Shown here piece after piece: positions 26,701 to 32,000 of a stretch of 32,000 nucleotides of DNA; the stretch's first letter is position 1, and each line of letters opens with the position of its first letter. Source of the stretch: Xylanibacter ruminicola 23 (GTDB lineage Bacteria > Bacteroidota > Bacteroidia > Bacteroidales > Bacteroidaceae); NCBI RefSeq assembly GCF_000025925.1, contig NC_014033.1:3510001-3542000 (forward strand), in the 5' to 3' direction. The position numbers and the translations under genes are program-made. A model generated the notes under the pieces. The model was not told the origin of the DNA. It saw only the letters and a program-made list of their open reading frames with translations, and ran no database searches.

Positions 26701-27034
26701 CAGCGTTTACTCTCCATGGGTACACCGCATCGACTTCGGTTACAAGCACGACTTCAAGTTCAACGTAGGTCAGACTAAGCACATGCTGCAGCTCACCTTC
26801 GATATGAAGAACGTTCTTAACTTCTTCAACTCTTCTTGGGGTGTTGCTAAGCACCTGAATCCTGAGATTGGTAGCGAGGCTAAGATCCTGAAGTACGAGG
26901 GCGTTGATGCACAGGGTTATGCAACCTTCTCTACACCTTCTTCTATCAGCGGTAATACTCAGACTTGGACTACCAACTACGCTATCGGTCAGTGCTGGTA
27001 CGCTTCTGTAGGTATCAAGTATTATTTCAACTAA
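23744..27034 (+). pseudogene. TonB-dependent receptor (CarboxypepD_reg-like N-domain + plug + large barrel; not SusC-type) interrupted by one in-frame TAG at 25988-25990
   Basis: ORF-track entries 23744-25990 and 26087-27034 are in the same frame, and the 32 codons between them are open. Signal peptide ...LTLMA|Q. CarboxypepD_reg-like segment GKVTLDT...GPYAVTISYIGFQ. Plug motifs (ISIDAIEELQVVISPYDVRQTNFIGGGVNAITKSGTN). C-terminal aromatic end ...VGIKYYFN. Confidence 0.8.
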
Positions 27035-27054
27035 TTAATTAAGGTAAGATTAAT

Positions 27055-28569
27055 ATGAAACTTAAATATTTCATTCCGTCTCTCGTAGCAGTTGTAGCAG
27101 CTGTATTCACAAGCTGTTCTGACGGTAAGGATGCTACCTATCTTGAGGGAATTCGCGTTTCTCAGTCGTATGTAGCTCTGAACACTGCTGGTGGTTCTGC
27201 CTCTATCGATGTAACCACCAATGGTAGCTGGACTGTTACTGAGGTTCCCAACTGGCTCACCGTTTCGCCTGCCTCTGGTACAGGTAACGGTACTATCACT
27301 TTCTCGGCCGACGCTGGCGAGGGTCGTAGCGGTTCAGTAAAGCTTAACTGTGGCGACGAGACTCAGATCGTCAACATCATTCAGGGTGTTGTAACTATCA
27401 GCCCTGCTACTTGTGCTGAGGTTCTGGCTGGTCCCGACTCTAAGACTTATCAGGTAACTGGTACTGTTACCAGCATTGTAAATACCACTTATGGTAACTG
27501 GTACTTGAACGATGGTACTGGTGAGGTTTACATCTATGGTACACTCGACTCTAAGGGTAGCACCAAGAACTTCAGCAGCTGGGGCCTCGAGGTAGGCGAC
27601 CAGATTACTGTTCAGGGTCCAAAGACTACTTATAATGGTACTGTAGAGCTGGTTGACGTAACTGTTGTTAAGATTGTTAAGTCACTCATCAAGGTTGATT
27701 CTCTCACAGTTGGTGGCGTTAAGGCTACTGAGCTGCCTGTAGCTGGTGGCGAGATCACTGCTCACCTCACCTGCAAGGGTACTGGCGTAGCTGTTGAGAT
27801 TCCTGCCGACGCTAAGGATTGGCTGGGTGTTACCTCTTCAACAGTAGGTACTAACCCAACTGTTACCTTCTATGCTAAGGCTAACGAGGGTGGCGACCGT
27901 GAGACAACTGTTACCTTCAAGACCACCGATGGTTCTAAGGAGTACAGCTCACAGGCTACTATTTCTCAGAAGGGTGCTATCGTTGAGTGCAGCATTGCCG
28001 ACTTCCTGGCTGCTGCTGTAGGTAATACTCAGTTCCGCCTCACTGGTGTTATCACCAAGATTGCTAATGCATCTTATGGTAACATCTACATTAAGGACTA
28101 CTCTGGCGAGACTTACGTTTATGGCGTAGGTTCTAAGGGCGACTTCGAGAAGCTTGGCCTGAAGGGGGGTGATGTTATTACTCTCGTAGGTAAGCGTGGC
28201 GAGTACAAGGGAACTGCCCAGATGACTGGTGGTCAGTTCGAGAAGTCAATCAAGGTAACTGAGGTTTCAATCGCCGAGTTCCTGGCTAAGGAGGATGCTG
28301 CTAATGTTTACTATAGAGTATCTGGTACTATCGACGAGATTGCCAACGATACTTATGGTAACCTGTACATCACAGATGGTACCAACCGCCTGTATGTATA
28401 TGGCACATATCCTGGATGGGGTGCTACCGGTGATAACCGTAAGGGCGCTATCAAGAATCTGGGTATCGCAGTAGGCGACAAGCTCACCGTTATCGGTGTT
28501 AAGTCAACCTACAAGGATACTCCTCAGGTTAATGGTGGTATCTACTTCTCTCACGAGAAAGCTGAGTAA
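27055..28569 (+). CDS. Lipoprotein with modular architecture BACON-like / OB-like / BACON-like / OB-like / OB-like (putative surface nucleic-acid-binding protein)
   Basis: Lipobox AAVFTSC|SDGKD. BACON-like segments at aa 34-110 (SQSYVALNTAGGSASIDVTTNGSWTV...WLTVSPASGTGNGTITFSA) and aa 212-306. Three mutually similar ~95-aa repeats at aa 115-207, 309-399 and 402-500. The repeats share the core xTGxVxxIxNxxYGNxYxxDxxGxxYVYG ... GDxxTVxGxxxxYxGTxxx. The OB-fold assignment is by pattern only. Confidence 0.85.
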   Translation: MKLKYFIPSLVAVVAAVFTSCSDGKDATYLEGIRVSQSYVALNTAGGSASIDVTTNGSWTVTEVPNWLTVSPASGTGNGTITFSADAGEGRSGSVKLNCGDETQIVNIIQGVVTISPATCAEVLAGPDSKTYQVTGTVTSIVNTTYGNWYLNDGTGEVYIYGTLDSKGSTKNFSSWGLEVGDQITVQGPKTTYNGTVELVDVTVVKIVKSLIKVDSLTVGGVKATELPVAGGEITAHLTCKGTGVAVEIPADAKDWLGVTSSTVGTNPTVTFYAKANEGGDRETTVTFKTTDGSKEYSSQATISQKGAIVECSIADFLAAAVGNTQFRLTGVITKIANASYGNIYIKDYSGETYVYGVGSKGDFEKLGLKGGDVITLVGKRGEYKGTAQMTGGQFEKSIKVTEVSIAEFLAKEDAANVYYRVSGTIDEIANDTYGNLYITDGTNRLYVYGTYPGWGATGDNRKGAIKNLGIAVGDKLTVIGVKSTYKDTPQVNGGIYFSHEKAE

Positions 28570-28594
28570 AAATTAGATAAAGCTCAAAACTAAC

Positions 28595-28633
28595 GCGCCA
28601 AAATGTTGTGGATAGCGACATTTTGGCGCTTTT
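28595..28633 (+). terminator. Strong hairpin/terminator between the lipoprotein and nuclease genes
   Basis: Perfect 12-bp stem GCGCCAAAATGT (28595-28606) / ACATTTTGGCGC (28618-28629), 11-nt loop, then TTTT. It ends 13 nt before the nuclease ATG. Confidence 0.65.
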
Positions 28634-28646
28634 AAATTCGATAAGT

Positions 28647-29594
28647 ATGAATAAGATGTTTTATTCTTTAGCAGTCTTTGCATTTGTTGCTTGCGGTGGT
28701 GGTAGCAGTAGTAGCGATGGTCCTAATCCTACTCCCGATCCAACGCCTACACCTACACCAACTCCTACAGTAGGCAATGCTAATAAGAACGATGCTTCTG
28801 AGAATGCCTATCTGGCTCGTTTGGAAATGCCTAAGGCTCGTACCGATTCAAAGGTTATTACCCATACTACCAAGGATTATGGCGTAACCTATTCGGTAGA
28901 GTGGGATAGTAATATCCGTGCTCAGCGCTGGACTTGTTACGATATGAACAAGCGCAACGCTGCCAAGAACGGTAATACCCGTAAGTCGCTTTGGCCTGAT
29001 GGTGATCCCTGGAACTACGATCCCGATGTAGCTACGAGCGATCAGCAGGCCACCTATAGCGAGCTCAGCAAGAGCTATTATCCTGGTTCTAAGGATTATT
29101 ACGAAAAGGGTCACGTTTGTCCTTCAAACGACCGCCTTTATACCAAGGATGCTAACGAGCAGACTTTCTACATGACTAACATTCTGCCAATGGTAGGTAA
29201 GTTTAATGGTAAGCTTTGGCAGAAGATGGAGCTGCAGGTAAACAGCTGGGCTCAGAAGTTGGGCGATGGCGACACCATTTTTATCTGTAAAGGTGGTACC
29301 ATCGATAAGGCCGATCAGATTCTTGGCAAGACAATCAACAATCATGTCGTGCCCAAGTACTTCTTCATGGCGCTGTTGTTTAAGAACGCTTCTGGCCCCG
29401 TACGTATGTTAGGCTTCTGGGCCGAGCATCTGAACGAAGACCATTCGAACGATGCCCTGAAAGGCTATGTAGTAAGCATCGACGATCTGGAGCAGAAAAC
29501 AGGTATCGATTTCTTCTGTAACCTGCCCGACGATGTCGAGGAACAGTTAGAGGCTACGAAGAGCGAAGACATCATTTCTGCTTGGGGCCTTTAA
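28647..29594 (+). CDS. DNA/RNA non-specific endonuclease (Serratia NucA / Endonuclease_NS family), lipoprotein with Pro/Thr linker
   Basis: Start moved to ATG 28647 (MNKMFYSLAVFAFVAC|GGGSSSS), because the track start 28608 lies inside the terminator hairpin. Linker NPTPDPTPTPTPTPT. Catalytic block YYEKGHVCPSNDR (the DRGH-type His) and the metal-binding Asn in MTNILPM. Confidence 0.88.
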   Translation: MNKMFYSLAVFAFVACGGGSSSSDGPNPTPDPTPTPTPTPTVGNANKNDASENAYLARLEMPKARTDSKVITHTTKDYGVTYSVEWDSNIRAQRWTCYDMNKRNAAKNGNTRKSLWPDGDPWNYDPDVATSDQQATYSELSKSYYPGSKDYYEKGHVCPSNDRLYTKDANEQTFYMTNILPMVGKFNGKLWQKMELQVNSWAQKLGDGDTIFICKGGTIDKADQILGKTINNHVVPKYFFMALLFKNASGPVRMLGFWAEHLNEDHSNDALKGYVVSIDDLEQKTGIDFFCNLPDDVEEQLEATKSEDIISAWGL

Positions 29595-29626
29595 GCTACT
29601 ATTTGAAAAGTACTTAGATTTCAATT

Positions 29627-29673
29627 GAAAAGTACCTGGAACGCAAATGTTTTCTAGGTACTTTTCATTTTTT
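29627..29673 (+). terminator. Intrinsic terminator after the nuclease gene
   Basis: Stem GAAAAGTACCT (29627-29637) / AGGTACTTTTC (29656-29666), then ATTTTTTG. A near-copy of the left arm (GAAAAGTACTT, 29605-29615) could pair alternatively. Confidence 0.65.
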
Positions 29674-29718
29674 GTGGTTTTTATGTCAAAAAAACTTGCA
29701 TCATATTGTTTTATTTTG

Positions 29719-29726
29719 TATCTTTG
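29719..29726 (+). promoter_or_regulatory. -7 promoter box for the second TonB-dependent receptor
   Basis: TATCTTTG, 33 nt upstream of ATG 29759. Confidence 0.5.
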
Positions 29727-29758
29727 CCCCGCAAGTGGAACAATTTAACTGGTTGAAG

Positions 29759-32000
29759 ATGAAAAGACTTTCTACATTACTATTTGTACTTTTGACAATA
29801 TCGCTTTCTGTTATGGCTCAGGTTACTACATCTGGTATTACAGGTGTGGTGATGGCTGATGGCGAAGAGGCTATCGGTGCTACCGTTACGGCCAAGCATG
29901 TGCCTTCGGGCTCTATCTATCGTGGTGTTACCAATATCGATGGTCACTACACGATTACAGGCATGAAGGCGGGCGGACCTTACGAGGTTGAAATATCGTA
30001 TATCGGTTTCCAGACATCGCGTTTTACCGATATCCAGTTGGCCCTGGGTCAGAATGCTGTGGTTGATGCCACGCTGAGCGAGGGCTCAGAGATGATTCAG
30101 GAGATTGTGGTAACAGCTAAGGCCAACAACACTATGCGTAGCGACCGTAGTGGCGCTGTAACCAGCCTGAACGCTAACCAGATGGCTGCTGTGCCTAATA
30201 TCGGTCGTTCTATGCTGGATATCATGAAGATGACGCCACAGTCGAGCTCGGCCAGCGGTATGGCTATTGGTGGTGGAAACTACCGCCAGTCGTATGTCAC
30301 CATCGATGGTGCCTCGTTCAACGATTCGTTCGGAATGGAACCCAGTCCGCTGCCTGGTGGCGGCACTCCCATCTCGCTCGAGGCACTCGATCAGATGACC
30401 GTTTCGGTTACGCCTTACGATGTGCGTCAGAGTGGTTTTACTGGCGGTGGTGTGAATGCGGTTACCAAGAGTGGTACCAACACCTTTAAGGGTATGGCCT
30501 ATACCTTCCTGACCAGTTCCGACCTGAAGGGTAAGAAGATTCGTAACGACCGGTTGCCCGTATCCAAGGGGCATAACAGCACCTTTGGCTTGAGCTTTGG
30601 CGGACCGATTATCCAGGATAAGCTCTTCTTCTTCCTTAACGGCGAGTACGAGGATAATGTGACGGCTGGCCCAGCCGTGATGGCTTATAACCGCAGCGAC
30701 CAGCCCTATTCGGCCACGAATCGTCGCCCCAAGTTGGCCGAGCTCGAGAGTCTGTCCACCTACATGCAGAACGCTTATGGTATTACCACAGGTCCTTGGC
30801 AGAATTATAACCTGAAAACGCCCGCCTACCGTATTCTGGCCCGTATCGACTGGAACATCAACGACGATCATAAGTTTAATGTGCGCTTCACCAAGTCGAA
30901 CCGTAAGGAGGCCAACCCCGCTTCGGCATCGCGTAGTATCGGTAGCAATCGCACCTCTATTATCTATGGTGGCAACCAGAACTCGTATGGCGGCAATACC
31001 GATTATGGTATGTCGTCGCTCTCAAGCCGTTATATGACCGAGTTCCGCTTCACTTCGGTGGCTGCCGAGCTCAATAGCAAGTTCGGTAAGCTGCATAACA
31101 CCCTGCGTGGCACCTACTCGTATCAGGACCAGCCCCGTAGCAACGAGTATGGTGTTGATGTACCTGTGGTTGAGATTGTGATGAGCGATGGTCAGGGCCA
31201 TTATCCTTACTGGGCGCTTACCGGCGATTTGTTTACTTATGGCAATGTGGCCAAAACCAAGACTACCGTGATTACCGACGAAATCAATATCCAGTTGGGT
31301 AAGCACAACCTGTTTGGCGGTTTGCAGTACGAGCACAACTGGGCTGCCAACGGCTATGCTCAGGCAGGTGCCGGCTATTATGCCTTCCAGGCCAGTCAGG
31401 ACGAGATAGATAAGGCCATCGTAAACAACGACTGGGGGCCGATTTTCGCAGTAGATCACACCCGCTTGTTTGGTATCACCTATGGCAATGGCGACAATCA
31501 CGATCATTTTTTGGCTAAGATGAGCACCAACCAGTGGTCGCTCTATCTGCAGGACAACATGAGCCTCTCCGATCGTTTCCGCATGTCGCTTGGTCTGCGT
31601 TTCGAGCTGCCGTCTTATCCCAGTCTGAAGGATAATTTCAACGAGGAGTATTATAAGATTAGCTTTGGTGGCGAGCATTTCCGCACCGATAACGTGCCAA
31701 ATGCCAGCATCTCGGTATCGCCGCGTGTGGGCTTCAACTGGGATATCACCGGCAATCGTAACCTGATACTGCGTGGTGGTTCGGGCCTCTTCATCGGTCG
31801 CCTGCCGTTTGTTTGGCTCATCTCGGCTGTAGGCAACTCAGGTATGGGACAAACCTCGTATATTGCCTCGCAAACCAAGGGTATTATTCCTACCTTTACC
31901 ACCAGTCAGCAGAATATGCTGCAGCAGATAGGTGCTCAGAGCAAGATTTCGGTGCCCAGCAGCGCCACTATCCTGAGCGATAACCTGCGTATGCCCAAAA
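29759..32000 (+). CDS. TonB-dependent receptor, paralogue of 23744-27034; 3' end outside window (absent from supplied ORF track)
   Basis: My own translation from ATG 29759 stays open to the window end (747 codons). It begins MKRLSTLLFVLLTISLSVMA|QVTTSGITGVVMADGEEAIGATVTAKHVPSGSIYRGVTNIDGHYTITGMKAGGPYEVEISYIGFQ, and contains ISLEALDQMTVSVTPYDVRQSGFTGGGVNAVTKSGTNTFKG. It is collinear with TBDR1 up to ...SDNLRMPK. The three minus-strand track ORFs here are antisense shadows. Confidence 0.88.
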   Translation, partial: MKRLSTLLFVLLTISLSVMAQVTTSGITGVVMADGEEAIGATVTAKHVPSGSIYRGVTNIDGHYTITGMKAGGPYEVEISYIGFQTSRFTDIQLALGQNAVVDATLSEGSEMIQEIVVTAKANNTMRSDRSGAVTSLNANQMAAVPNIGRSMLDIMKMTPQSSSASGMAIGGGNYRQSYVTIDGASFNDSFGMEPSPLPGGGTPISLEALDQMTVSVTPYDVRQSGFTGGGVNAVTKSGTNTFKGMAYTFLTSSDLKGKKIRNDRLPVSKGHNSTFGLSFGGPIIQDKLFFFLNGEYEDNVTAGPAVMAYNRSDQPYSATNRRPKLAELESLSTYMQNAYGITTGPWQNYNLKTPAYRILARIDWNINDDHKFNVRFTKSNRKEANPASASRSIGSNRTSIIYGGNQNSYGGNTDYGMSSLSSRYMTEFRFTSVAAELNSKFGKLHNTLRGTYSYQDQPRSNEYGVDVPVVEIVMSDGQGHYPYWALTGDLFTYGNVAKTKTTVITDEINIQLGKHNLFGGLQYEHNWAANGYAQAGAGYYAFQASQDEIDKAIVNNDWGPIFAVDHTRLFGITYGNGDNHDHFLAKMSTNQWSLYLQDNMSLSDRFRMSLGLRFELPSYPSLKDNFNEEYYKISFGGEHFRTDNVPNASISVSPRVGFNWDITGNRNLILRGGSGLFIGRLPFVWLISAVGNSGMGQTSYIASQTKGIIPTFTTSQQNMLQQIGAQSKISVPSSATILSDNLRMPK

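Noticed and set aside
26087-27034. Separate 315-aa gene starting at GTG 26087.
   Set aside because: It is in the same frame as 23744-25990, and the sequence between the TAG and 26087 is open and barrel-like. It is the C-terminal part of the interrupted receptor, not an independent gene.
1-32000. Looked for tRNA, rRNA, CRISPR arrays, transposases, integrases, toxin-antitoxin pairs and known defence genes.
   Set aside because: No regularly spaced repeat array was found beyond the three 22-bp units at 2185-2250. No intergenic gap has tRNA-like conserved boxes. Every ORF longer than 150 aa on the coding strands is accounted for by housekeeping or transport families.

Overview
This looks like a chromosomal segment of a Bacteroidota genome, probably a Prevotella/Segatella-like Bacteroidales. 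That placement is an inference from TAnnTTTG -7 promoter boxes 20-90 nt upstream of most first genes, absence of Shine-Dalgarno sites, lipobox lipoproteins, BACON-like domains, CarboxypepD_reg-type TonB-dependent receptors, and Gln after signal-peptidase sites. All family calls come from motif recognition by eye; no searches were run. Positions 1-23.6 kb are dense housekeeping: a partial RsbU/SpoIIE phosphatase, sufE, nrdD-nrdG, a histidine acid phosphatase, an unknown gene plus rpoN plus a PAP2-like gene, purE, ispG, a Sir2 deacylase, three tandem FKBP isomerases, an Lrp/AsnC regulator operon with a C26::M19 fusion peptidase and glutaminyl cyclase, nnr, hpt, adk and obg. I found no tRNA, rRNA, CRISPR, transposase, integrase or recognisable defence genes. 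Two regions stand out. (1) 1.3-2.6 kb holds a small Tyr/Gly-rich ORF and a HAD-like gene that runs in frame into a fragment of a Wza-like capsule-export gene. These are followed by a ~480-bp non-coding stretch with three 22-bp iteron-like direct repeats, a 27-bp inverted repeat flanking 100 bp, and a 33-nt pure A/T tract. (2) 23.7-32.0 kb, the best candidate for a new system, is a same-strand cluster. It contains a TonB-dependent receptor (interrupted by one in-frame TAG), a lipoprotein built of BACON-like and three OB-fold-like repeats, a lipoprotein DNA/RNA non-specific endonuclease, and a second paralogous TonB-dependent receptor. That second receptor is missing from the supplied ORF track because it runs off the window. 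I interpret this as a Sus-like but SusD-less surface system for capture, cleavage and import of extracellular nucleic acid. This is a hypothesis, not a demonstrated function.
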